DNA of 64,000 nt, from assembly GCA_963713615.1 (NCBI GenBank), contig CAVQMM010000001.1, forward strand, positions 1,763,964 through 1,827,963, in the 5' to 3' direction. Below the pieces are notes generated by a model. The model ran no database searches, was not told the DNA's origin, and saw only the letters and a list, made by a program, of their open reading frames with translations. The stretch comes from an uncultured Chlamydiae bacterium (GTDB lineage: Bacteria > Chlamydiota > Chlamydiia > Chlamydiales > JAJFMA01). The position numbers and the translations under genes are program-made. This document shows, in pieces, positions 9,737 through 17,692 of the stretch; within the stretch, counting starts at the first letter, position 1, and each line of letters opens with the position of its first letter.

Positions 9737-9924
9737 CATCCGCCCAACCGACATTAGGTTGAGTCCATATAAATATAAAATAACGCTATGTACTGGGCGG
9801 ATGTATTACGATTTTTAACGGTAGGATCGCTGCACGCAACGGCCTACCACGGTAGTCTCCGTGGTAGTCGTAAGAAATAGCGTGGATCTCTTAGCTACAG
9901 CACTCATCGTTAAATATCCGCCCC
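9737..9924 (-). promoter_or_regulatory. Candidate structured 5' leader of thrABC with mutually exclusive helices
   Basis: gggcggat(g) at 9795-9803 can pair either with atccgccc at 9916-9923 or with catccgccc at 9737-9745. Internal stems are present (ccacgg/ccgtgg, ggtagg/cctacc). A 9-bp hairpin lies at 9708-9729, just upstream of the start codon. Confidence 0.3.
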
Positions 9925-10000
9925 TTTAGACGAATTTTGAGCATAACCACGAGCTCTAATTTATGCAACCTCTTTTGGTTCATCCCACCGAGACGCAGAC

Positions 10001-10275
10001 GGTTTGTGTAGTTTTTAGGAAGCAACACGGATGCACACGGATCTAGGAGGATTTAGGAGGATAGGAGTGAAAGATTCTTTCCCACCCACTCTAAACCCAT
10101 TTTATTGTTTTTTTAAAGAGAGGGTATGCTCATCCTATCCTCCTAAATCCTCCTAGATCCGTGTGCATCCGTGTTACTCCTAAAATCCCCACCAACCGTA
10201 TCTACCATCCTATCCTCCTAAATCCTCCTAGATCCGTGTGCATCCGTGTTACTTCCTAAAAACGACACAAACCAT
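10001..10275. repeat. Palindromic element family C: ~66-bp terminal inverted repeats (10001-10066 / 10206-10271) plus an internal extra direct copy (10131-10186)
   Basis: The reverse complement of 10001-10066 matches 10206-10271 with 2 mismatches. The unit is tcctatcctcctaaatcctcctagatccgtgtgcatccgtgtta. A solo copy lies at 61981-62053. Confidence 0.85.
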
Positions 10276-10288
10276 TTTTTTTCATCAC

Positions 10289-10318
10289 TTGACATAAATT
10301 GCAAGTTTTCGATATAAT
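10289..10318 (+). promoter_or_regulatory. Consensus sigma-70-type promoter (TTGACA - 18 nt - TATAAT)
   Basis: Exact TTGACA at 10289-10294 and exact TATAAT at 10313-10318. It faces the ABC importer/arg cluster about 290 nt downstream. Confidence 0.5.
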
Positions 10319-10364
10319 TCGTTTTGGTAGTGCCAAAAGGGCCTATCGCATTAGGTGAGAAAAA

Positions 10365-10377
10365 TGAATAGCATTCA
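10365..10377. promoter_or_regulatory. ARG-box-like palindrome TGAATAGCATTCA (candidate ArgR operator)
   Basis: TGAAT/ATTCA half-sites match the ARG-box arms, but the spacer is 3 nt instead of 4 and only one box is seen. The site lies ~45 nt downstream of the -10 element and upstream of the artJ-like/argG/argH cluster. Confidence 0.2.
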
Positions 10378-10610
10378 ACAACCAAGTTCAAGTGTACAAG
10401 CAGGCATCGCCTCTTGCTACCTCCATTTTTTTGATCATTCCTCCCCTCTGGCCATCCGCGTCCGGCGGTAAAGGTCCCCTTTCCCTTTTTTCTTTTATTT
10501 AGTTTTTTTGACCCTACTTCAGCTGCTAAAGCCCTTTTCATTTGAATGGTTGTGCTTCGTAGCTGGCAATGAATAATTTTTAGGCCCTTTTGGCCATTTA
10601 GGAGTTTTTT

Positions 10611-11402
10611 ATGTACCAGTCTATAAAGACATATTTTTGTTTTGCGATCATTTTTATCGCTGCGCTGGCTGTCGGGGCCTGCAAAGGGCCTTCGGACGCA
10701 GCCTCTCCCAACTCTCTCATTGTAGGCATGCAGAGCGGGTACCCCCCATTCGACTTTAGAGACAACGATGGAAATATCGTCGGTTTCGATGTCGATGTCG
10801 CCAATCTCCTAGGCAAAAAGCTCGGAAAAGAGGTTGTTCTTCAGGACATGGAATTCGATGCCCTCATCCTGGCTCTCAAGCAAGGAAAGATCGACCTCCT
10901 AATGAGTGGAATGAATATTACCCCAAGCAGAAAGAAAGAGATCTTCTTGGTGCCCTATCATGGAGAAACAATGACTTCCTTAAGTTTACTCTTCTGGAAG
11001 GAAATTCCGTCCGCGATAAAGTCCCTAGAAGACCTCGCTAAGTTCCCCAATACGACTGTGAGTGTCCAGTTGGCTACGATATCTGAGGACTTCCTTCATG
11101 GTAAAAACGTGAAGATAAAATCCTTTCAAGATTCGTTGGCTCCCTTGATGGATGTCAAGTATGGCAAGTCCATCGCTAACCTCGTAGAAAACGATGTCGC
11201 CGACTTCCTCAAAAGCAAACATGCCGAGGTTAAGGTTTTAAGCGTTCCTCTTCCGGAAGAAAACCATGTCCTCGGTTTCGGCATAGGAATTAGTAAAAAG
11301 AACCAAGTATTACATGCGCAAATCAGCCAAGCCATCCAGGAGTTAAAGAACTCTGGAGAGCTCGCCTTGATCGAATCCAAGTGGTTTAAGGAGGGTCAAT
11401 AA
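10611..11402 (+). CDS. Amino-acid ABC transporter substrate-binding protein (ArtJ/polar amino acid family)
   Basis: Signal/lipobox-like N-terminus (AALAVGAC). Family-3 SBP pattern (GYPPFDF, GFDVDVA, DLLMSGMNITPSR). First gene of the binding protein-permease-ATPase set. Confidence 0.85.
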   Translation: MYQSIKTYFCFAIIFIAALAVGACKGPSDAASPNSLIVGMQSGYPPFDFRDNDGNIVGFDVDVANLLGKKLGKEVVLQDMEFDALILALKQGKIDLLMSGMNITPSRKKEIFLVPYHGETMTSLSLLFWKEIPSAIKSLEDLAKFPNTTVSVQLATISEDFLHGKNVKIKSFQDSLAPLMDVKYGKSIANLVENDVADFLKSKHAEVKVLSVPLPEENHVLGFGIGISKKNQVLHAQISQAIQELKNSGELALIESKWFKEGQ

Positions 11403-12058
11403 TGTTGGACTCTTCTCTATTGATGAAATCCCTACCTCTACTCTTGGCTGGAGCGATAACGACCCTGCAAATAGCCTTTGTGGCCGTTGCAATCGGTCTA
11501 TGCTGCGGTGTGCTCGTGGGGGTGATGAATTGCCGTCAGTTACGTTCGCCATTAGTAGGATCTATACTCAATGGGTATGTATGGGCAACTAGAGGCACTC
11601 CGCTCTTTGTCCAGGTGCTGATCGTCTATTATGCCATTCCTGAATTGATGGGTATTTCGTTCTCACCTTTTACGGCAGGAGTGATTGCTCTGGGAGTGAA
11701 TTCCACAGCATACATCTCCGAGATCGTACGTGGTGGTATCAATGCCATTCCCGATGGCCAATGGGAAGCAGCTTATGTCGTCGGCCTGAGGCCTTTGCAA
11801 ACGCTACAAGGGGTGATTCTGCCACAGATGTTTCGTATCACATTGCCGAGTATCACAAACGAGCTGATGGCTTTGGTAAAGGAGACAAGCATCCTCATGG
11901 TCATCGGCGTCGCAGAGCTTACCAAAGTCAGTAAAGACATTGTGGCTCGTGAGCTTGATCCCATGACAATTTACTTAGGGGCTGCAGCGATCTACCTGGT
12001 GATGACAGGTGCTATTAGCCTAGCTACGCAATCATTACAAAAAAGGTGGCATCCATGA
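11402..12058 (+). CDS. Amino-acid ABC transporter permease (HisM/GlnP type)
   Basis: 218 aa. EAA-loop region (ISEIVRGGINAIPDGQWEAAYVVGL). The start overlaps the SBP stop codon. Confidence 0.85.
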   Translation: MLDSSLLMKSLPLLLAGAITTLQIAFVAVAIGLCCGVLVGVMNCRQLRSPLVGSILNGYVWATRGTPLFVQVLIVYYAIPELMGISFSPFTAGVIALGVNSTAYISEIVRGGINAIPDGQWEAAYVVGLRPLQTLQGVILPQMFRITLPSITNELMALVKETSILMVIGVAELTKVSKDIVARELDPMTIYLGAAAIYLVMTGAISLATQSLQKRWHP

Positions 12059-12777
12059 TTACAGGCCAGAATATTAGCTTAGGCTACACGAGTAAGAAAG
12101 GTGCAAAGCAAGTGTTAAAGAATGTCTCCTTCAAGCTATGCGAAGGGCGCATGACGACCTTTATGGGTCAAAGTGGTGCGGGCAAAACTTCCTTGCTAAA
12201 ATGTATTGCGAACCTGAATTCGCACTATGAAGGAAACATCACTTGCGGTGAAAGAAACCTTAAGGACTTATGCCCTGCGGAAAGGGCCTCTACGATAGGT
12301 TTTGTCCTGCAACAGTTTCATCTGTTTCCGCATATGACGGTACTAGAAAACTGCATCTATGCCCTGAAAGCTGCCTTGGGAATCACACAAGCGCAGTCAG
12401 AGGAAAGAGCTGTGGGAATCCTGCAAGCCCTCCACATGATGCCGTTTGCAAAGGTCCTTCCTTCACAACTCTCAGGAGGACAACAGCAACGTGCTGCTAT
12501 AGCCAGAGCCTTGGTGTTGGACCCCAAGGTGCTGTTGTTGGATGAACCAACATCGGCCTTGGATCCTGATAGCAAAAAAAGCTTAGAAGACCTGTTAAAA
12601 GAACTCAATGCTGGTGGAATGACCATAGCCCTATCTAGCCATGATATGCCGTTTATACGCAGAATGATGGACTACGTGTATTTCATGGAGCAGGGAGAGC
12701 TGATTGAGGCCCTGGACAGTGCGGTCGAAGATCTCGCTTCCAAACCCAAAACGAACCTATTTTTATCGCATATTTAA
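12055..12777 (+). CDS. Amino-acid ABC transporter ATP-binding protein (GlnQ type)
   Basis: Walker A (GQSGAGKTS), signature (LSGGQQQR) and Walker B ([11 protein letters not shown]). The ATG at 12055 forms an ATGA overlap with the permease stop and is preferred over the track GTG at 12046. Confidence 0.85.
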   Translation: MITGQNISLGYTSKKGAKQVLKNVSFKLCEGRMTTFMGQSGAGKTSLLKCIANLNSHYEGNITCGERNLKDLCPAERASTIGFVLQQFHLFPHMTVLENCIYALKAALGITQAQSEERAVGILQALHMMPFAKVLPSQLSGGQQQRAAIARALVLDPKVLLLDEPTSALDPDSKKSLEDLLKELNAGGMTIALSSHDMPFIRRMMDYVYFMEQGELIEALDSAVEDLASKPKTNLFLSHI

Positions 12778-12788
12778 AGGAATCAAAA

Positions 12789-13985
12789 ATGCAGAAAATT
12801 ATTTTAGCTTACAGTGGTGGTTTAGACACCTCCGTGATACTGAAGTGGCTTTTGGATAAGCAGTACGACGTTATTTGCTTCATAGCCAATGTAGGCCAGC
12901 AAGAGGACTTCGAATTGGCCAAACAGAAAGCCCTCAACATCGGCGCTAGCAAGGTCTATATCGAGGATCTTAGGGAAGAATTTATAGAACACTATGTCTT
13001 TCAAGCCCTCAAAGCCAATGCGATGTATGAGGGAAGATACCTCTTGGGCACCTCCTTGGCTAGGCCTCTGATTGCAAAAAAGCAAATAGAGATCGCTCAA
13101 CTGGAGGGAACGACATGTGTCGCTCATGGTGCTACTGGAAAGGGTAACGATCAGGTACGATTTGAACTCACCTACCTGACCCTGATGCCTGAGGTTACCA
13201 TCATCAGCCCCTGGAAAAATATTGAATTCTTGAATAGCTTTCAAGGGCGTTCGGACATGATCGCCTATGCCGAAGCCCATGGAATCCCCATCACGTCTAC
13301 GCTAAAAAAGCCTTATAGCATAGATGAAAACATCATGCACACGAGTTATGAGGCTGGAATACTCGAAGACCCTGCGGCTGAACCGCCAGCAGATATCTTC
13401 CAAAAAACGGTCTCGCCTCAGGATGCCCCAAACGAATCATGCAACCTAATGATAGAGTTCGCAAAAGGTATACCCATTGCGGTTCAGAACCTATCGACGG
13501 GTAAGGAAGTGCGTCATTCAACAGTGCAAATCTTCGAATATCTCAATAAGGTGGCAGGTCTTCACGGGGTCGGACGTATCGATATCGTAGAAAACCGTTT
13601 TGTAGGAATGAAGTCTAGAGGAGTCTACGAAACACCAGGGGCCACAGTGCTGTGGAAGGCACACCTGGACCTTGAAACGTTGGTGATGGATCGAGAAGTC
13701 CTTCTCCTCAGAGAGATGTGGATGCCTAAGATCGCACAACTGATCTATAGCGGCTTTTGGTTTAGTCCAGAAATGGCCTTTCTGATGGCTGCGATAGAGA
13801 AAAGTCAGGAAAACATCGAAGGCAAAGTCTTCTTAAAGCTCTACAAGGGCAATGTGATCATCGTGGGACGTGAGTCACCAAAATCTCGCTATAATCACGA
13901 TATCGCAAGCATGGATCGTCAAGGCAACTACGATCAGCAAGATGCCACAGGATTTATTAAACTTAATGCATTACGTCTTAAATAA
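12789..13985 (+). CDS. argG: Argininosuccinate synthase (canonical)
   Basis: [11 protein letters not shown]-loop. [13 protein letters not shown] signature. [17 protein letters not shown] substrate region. 398 aa. Confidence 0.9.
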   Translation: MQKIILAYSGGLDTSVILKWLLDKQYDVICFIANVGQQEDFELAKQKALNIGASKVYIEDLREEFIEHYVFQALKANAMYEGRYLLGTSLARPLIAKKQIEIAQLEGTTCVAHGATGKGNDQVRFELTYLTLMPEVTIISPWKNIEFLNSFQGRSDMIAYAEAHGIPITSTLKKPYSIDENIMHTSYEAGILEDPAAEPPADIFQKTVSPQDAPNESCNLMIEFAKGIPIAVQNLSTGKEVRHSTVQIFEYLNKVAGLHGVGRIDIVENRFVGMKSRGVYETPGATVLWKAHLDLETLVMDREVLLLREMWMPKIAQLIYSGFWFSPEMAFLMAAIEKSQENIEGKVFLKLYKGNVIIVGRESPKSRYNHDIASMDRQGNYDQQDATGFIKLNALRLK

Positions 13986-13992
13986 AACAAAG

Positions 13993-14036
13993 GACCTTAT
14001 TCATCTTTTCGTCCGATCGAAAAGGTGAATAAAGCC
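13993..14036 (+). terminator. Hairpin derived from the outer arms of palindromic family B (possible argG-proximal terminator/attenuator)
   Basis: A 15-bp stem with 1 mismatch (13997-14011 / 14018-14032). The sequence ttattcatcttttcg...cgaaaaggtgaataa resembles the termini of the family B elements. No downstream T-run. Confidence 0.35.
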
Positions 14037-14056
14037 CAAAACAAAGGAATGAAAAA

Positions 14057-15307
14057 ATGTCATTAGAACAGACACTATCAAAAATTCAAAAAACACCGGT
14101 TAAGAAAGGGCAAAAGGTTGCTGTGGCTTTTTCCGGTGGACTAGATTCTTGCCTAGCAATAGTCATGCTAGAGCATGTCTATGAAGCCCAAGAGATCATC
14201 CCGATTACGATTGATGTCGGCCAGGGAGATGCGGAGCTTCAACAGGTGCATGACAAGGCGGCCGCTTTGGGAATTACACCCATTGTGATCGATGCCAAGG
14301 AAGAATTCACACAACTATGGCTTTCCAAAGCCATTATGGCGAATTCCGATTACAACGGATACCCTGTAGCGACATCCATGACGCGTCAGCTCGTAGCACG
14401 CATCGTCGCTGTCGAAGCAGAAAAGCTTGGCTGCAATGCCATCTTGGAGGGGTCGACCGGAAAGGGTAATGACCAATACCGCATGCACAACGTTTTCAAG
14501 CTCTTTGCGCCAGATCTCGATGTGCTGGTACCCGTACGTGACTTCGACCTCACAAGGTTAGAGGAACAGCTTCTCTGCGAGCACTGGGGTGTACCTGTCA
14601 ATGAACAGATCGTCGGCGGAGACGACAAGACCCTATGGTGCCGCTCCATAGCCTCTGGAGCTATCGACCTCAATCAGCCGATTCCAGATGATGTTTGGAT
14701 GTGGAGAGTTCCACCTCAACAGGCCTCAAATGAAGCCTGCGAAATTGAGCTGCAATTCGATAAGGGTTTGCCTATCGCTCTGAACGGCCAGGCAATGCCC
14801 CTCGACTGCTTGATTGCGCAACTCAATACTATTGCTGGTTCGCAAGGAATCGGGCTGATCGATATGTTTGAAGATGGCATCATGGATCTCAAAAGCCGTG
14901 AGGTCTATGAGGCTCCTGCAGCTCATGTCATTCTGAAACTGCACCGAGACCTGGAGCAGCAATGTCTAACTAAGGACGAAATACAGTTTAAGAAGGGTGT
15001 CGATGCCCAATGGGCCTTCTTAGTATACCATGGAATGTGGTATTCACCGCTCAAGAATGCATTGGATGCGTTCATCGCCCAAACCCAACAGATGGTATCT
15101 GGAACTGTGAAAGCAAAATTGTACAAAGGAAACATTGAAATCACCTATCGTCAGTCGACTCACTCACTGTTTGCACCTGAAGTACGTTCCATCAAGAGTG
15201 CTTCATTCAATCAACAGTGGTGTGCCGATGCTGCAAAGATTCGTGGTCTACCTTTTGAAGTCTTAGCCAAACGTCAACAAAACCTCTTAAATGGAGTCGC
15301 ATCATGA
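14057..15307 (+). CDS. Divergent argininosuccinate-synthase-like adenylating enzyme (second argG paralog)
   Basis: Retains the SGGLDS P-loop (AFSGGLDSCLA) and TGKGNDQ. The substrate region is altered (EDGIMDLKSREVYEAPA versus [17 protein letters not shown]). 416 aa. A 4-nt overlap couples it to argH. Confidence 0.7.
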   Translation: MSLEQTLSKIQKTPVKKGQKVAVAFSGGLDSCLAIVMLEHVYEAQEIIPITIDVGQGDAELQQVHDKAAALGITPIVIDAKEEFTQLWLSKAIMANSDYNGYPVATSMTRQLVARIVAVEAEKLGCNAILEGSTGKGNDQYRMHNVFKLFAPDLDVLVPVRDFDLTRLEEQLLCEHWGVPVNEQIVGGDDKTLWCRSIASGAIDLNQPIPDDVWMWRVPPQQASNEACEIELQFDKGLPIALNGQAMPLDCLIAQLNTIAGSQGIGLIDMFEDGIMDLKSREVYEAPAAHVILKLHRDLEQQCLTKDEIQFKKGVDAQWAFLVYHGMWYSPLKNALDAFIAQTQQMVSGTVKAKLYKGNIEITYRQSTHSLFAPEVRSIKSASFNQQWCADAAKIRGLPFEVLAKRQQNLLNGVAS

Positions 15308-16599
15308 AACTATGGGATAAGGGTTATCAACTCGATGAGCTCGTAGAGGCCTTTATGACGGGTGATGACCCCACATTGGATCAGGCGCTCATTCCTTATG
15401 ATTGCGTGGGCAGTATTGCCCACGCCAAAATGCTCCACAAAATTGGAGTGTTGTCAGCCGATGAATGCCAACGTCTCGAAAATGCACTGAATGCAATCAT
15501 CGCTTTGGCCGATCAGGGTCAATTCATCATCAAAGCCGAGGATGAAGACGTTCACACCGCAGTGGAAAATGCCCTAGTGCAGGCCTTGGGGGACTTAGGA
15601 AAAAAACTGCATGCAGCGCGTTCCCGAAATGATCAAGTCCTACTTGATCTACGTCTATTCTCTAGAGACTGGATTACGAAAGTCATTGAAGAAACGCTGA
15701 ACGTCGCCGAGGTGTTATGCAACTTCTCTAGCACCTACCACGACGTGCCCATCCCAGGTAGAACGCATTTTCAGCGCGCTATGCCCTCCTCCATGGGTCT
15801 GTGGGCCGGGGCCTTTGCCGAATCGCTCCTGGATGATGTCGAGCTACTCAGATCCGCCTATTGGCTTGTAAACCAATGTCCATTGGGATCGGCTGCTAGC
15901 TATGGAGTATCTCTGCCTATAGATCGACAATATACCGCCGACTTAATGGGCTTCAGAGCCGTGCAGAATAATGTGCTGTATGCCAATAACAGCCGCGGAA
16001 AGTTTGAGTCTGTGGTGTTACATGCCCTTGCACAGGTTATGAATGATCTCAGTAAGATCGCTACAGATATCATCATCTTCGCAGCTCCTGAGTTTGGCTA
16101 TCTCGTCCTTCCAGAGAAGTTTTGCCCTGGCAGTAGCCTCATGCCTCAAAAGCGTAATCCCTGTCCATTGGAGCTTATTAGGGCCAAGTCAGCCACTGTG
16201 CAAGGAATGCTGATCCAAGTGCTGGAAATAGTGCGTGGACTGCCCTCTGGGTACAATCGCGATTTTCAGGAAACTAAGCGACCCCTCATGCAGGGTTTTG
16301 AGACAACCTGGCAATCTTTAAAGGTCTTTGCACAAGTGTTTTCAGGGCTACAAGTGCAAAGAGAAAGATGCATCCAGGCATTCTCCTCTGAACTTTTTGC
16401 CACGGATAAGGTGCTGGATCTTGTCAAGCAAGGCATTCCCTTCAGAGATGCTTATAAACAGGTAGGTTTAAACCTTGAGGATGTTGAAATGGAAGATCCG
16501 GTTGCTAATATCCTAGCCAAAAAGCACCTCGGGGCCACAGGAAATCTTGGGATCGATCTGAGCCAAAAACGCATCGCTAACTATCGCTCCCATTCGTAA
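15304..16599 (+). CDS. argH: Argininosuccinate lyase
   Basis: Fumarate-lyase superfamily signature region (GSSLMPQKRNP). The N-terminus (WDKGY...DIVGSIAH-like) is typical of ArgH. 431 aa. Confidence 0.88.
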   Translation: MKLWDKGYQLDELVEAFMTGDDPTLDQALIPYDCVGSIAHAKMLHKIGVLSADECQRLENALNAIIALADQGQFIIKAEDEDVHTAVENALVQALGDLGKKLHAARSRNDQVLLDLRLFSRDWITKVIEETLNVAEVLCNFSSTYHDVPIPGRTHFQRAMPSSMGLWAGAFAESLLDDVELLRSAYWLVNQCPLGSAASYGVSLPIDRQYTADLMGFRAVQNNVLYANNSRGKFESVVLHALAQVMNDLSKIATDIIIFAAPEFGYLVLPEKFCPGSSLMPQKRNPCPLELIRAKSATVQGMLIQVLEIVRGLPSGYNRDFQETKRPLMQGFETTWQSLKVFAQVFSGLQVQRERCIQAFSSELFATDKVLDLVKQGIPFRDAYKQVGLNLEDVEMEDPVANILAKKHLGATGNLGIDLSQKRIANYRSHS

Positions 16600-16655
16600 T
16601 TGTAAGGCTATTTTCGCCATAAAAATAGAACCGCCGGCGTCTCTAGGTGATGGAA

Positions 16656-16834
16656 GGGCAAAAGAAGGCCTTGTTCACCTTTACGGTCAGAATTTCGGTC
16701 GGACGAAAAAGGTCGGATGTCGTGGTTTGTGACGAGGGCATAGCGCCAGCTATGTCCGAGGAGCAAAACGCGACAGACGATCCTTTTTCGTCCGACCGAA
16801 AACTGACCGCAAAGGTGAATAAGGCCCAAAAGAA
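16656..16834. repeat. MITE-like palindromic element family B, copy 1
   Basis: A long imperfect hairpin (ggccttgttcacctttacggtcag...ctgaccgcaaaggtgaataaggcc). It is nearly identical to 42344-42524. Confidence 0.85.
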
Positions 16835-16920
16835 GAACTCACCTTTGCATCTCTCAACATGCTTCCACATCGAGAGACACGGAGGTAAGTTCTTCTCTTC
16901 GCCTAGCAGAAAGATGTTGC

Positions 16921-17382
16921 CTAACCGCCCGCTACACGTCTCATGCGTGCTAACCCTCGTTTAACATCAGACGCAGTAGCACTATCTGCAGTTATAATCG
17001 CAGTCGGATCATAGGGCTGCACTGCTGTAGCAGGTGGTGATGGAACTGCAGTAGCCGGAACATCCAGAAGTACTGGATTGGACTGATAAATCACCTCCGT
17101 GCTACTAGAGGATGTACTACTACTACTGCTGCTGGTACTCGATGTGCTGTTTGTAATATCTGAACTTTCTAGTGGATTAGTACTAGTGTACGCCAGCGGA
17201 TTAATCATATTGGAATTGCCATTCGCATTCGTCTGAGCAGTACTTGTACTACTCGTCGCATCACCTGATATACAACCAATATTAAAGCCATCGTTCATCA
17301 GGGCATCTGTAACTCCAGGTATGCGAGTGACATCCGCACCAAAGTAGTTGTTAACATTATTAACATCATTGATAGGTGTCAT
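16921..17382 (-). CDS. Hypothetical Ser/Thr-rich protein (153 aa), no signal peptide
   Basis: Strong SD (gaggagg) 7 nt upstream of the ATG at 17382. Low-complexity STSSSSSSTSSSS tract encoded by act/gct triplet runs. No recognisable domain. Confidence 0.5.
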   Translation of the reverse strand: MTPINDVNNVNNYFGADVTRIPGVTDALMNDGFNIGCISGDATSSTSTAQTNANGNSNMINPLAYTSTNPLESSDITNSTSSTSSSSSSTSSSSTEVIYQSNPVLLDVPATAVPSPPATAVQPYDPTAIITADSATASDVKRGLARMRRVAGG

Positions 17383-17494
17383 AGACTAACCTCCTCTCTG
17401 TTCTCCATATAAGTATTGTATCATATTTTTTAATATTTTCTCAATTCTATTGATTATTAGTTGATAATTACCAACTGGATAGGTATGATTTTGT

Positions 17495-17672
17495 AAAAAA
17501 AAGGGCCTTGTTCGGCTTTCCGGGCAGAATTTCGGTCAGGCGAGAGGTCCCAGATGCAGCAGTCGACGACGAGGGAATAGCGCTAGCTATTGCCGAGGAG
17601 GCGAATGCTGCAGATGGGCGCCTCGCAGCCGACCGAAAACTGCGCGAAAAGTCGAACAAGGCCAAAAAAAGA
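17495..17672. repeat. MITE-like palindromic element family B, diverged copy
   Basis: Same termini (ggccttgttc...gaacaaggcc) and the same central core (gacgagggaatagcgctagctattgccgaggag) as copies 1 and 3, but with different arm sequences. Confidence 0.75.
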
Positions 17673-17692
17673 GCCAATCTAGGAGGCTGATA

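Noticed and set aside
9780-9930. Assignment of the thrA leader to a known riboswitch class (lysine, SAM-I, T-box) or to SRP/6S/tmRNA
   Set aside because: I could not find the conserved core motifs of any of these classes by eye. It is kept only as an unclassified candidate structure.
10001-10275. Possible CRISPR array, because a ~55-66-bp unit recurs three times
   Set aside because: One copy is inverted relative to the others. The spacing is irregular (64 and 19 bp), and there are no cas genes or a leader. It behaves as a palindromic repeat, not a CRISPR.
10218-10541. 107-aa ORF on the minus strand in the thrA/ABC intergenic region
   Set aside because: It starts within repeat family C, is K/G/R-rich low-complexity, has no SD, and lies antisense to a consensus promoter and its leader.
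16608-16964. ORFs inside family B repeats (16608-16829, 16643-16870, 16647-16964; 17468-17677, 17508-17690; 42312-42620)
   Set aside because: These are overlapping two-strand ORFs confined to palindromic elements. The frames are not conserved between copies.
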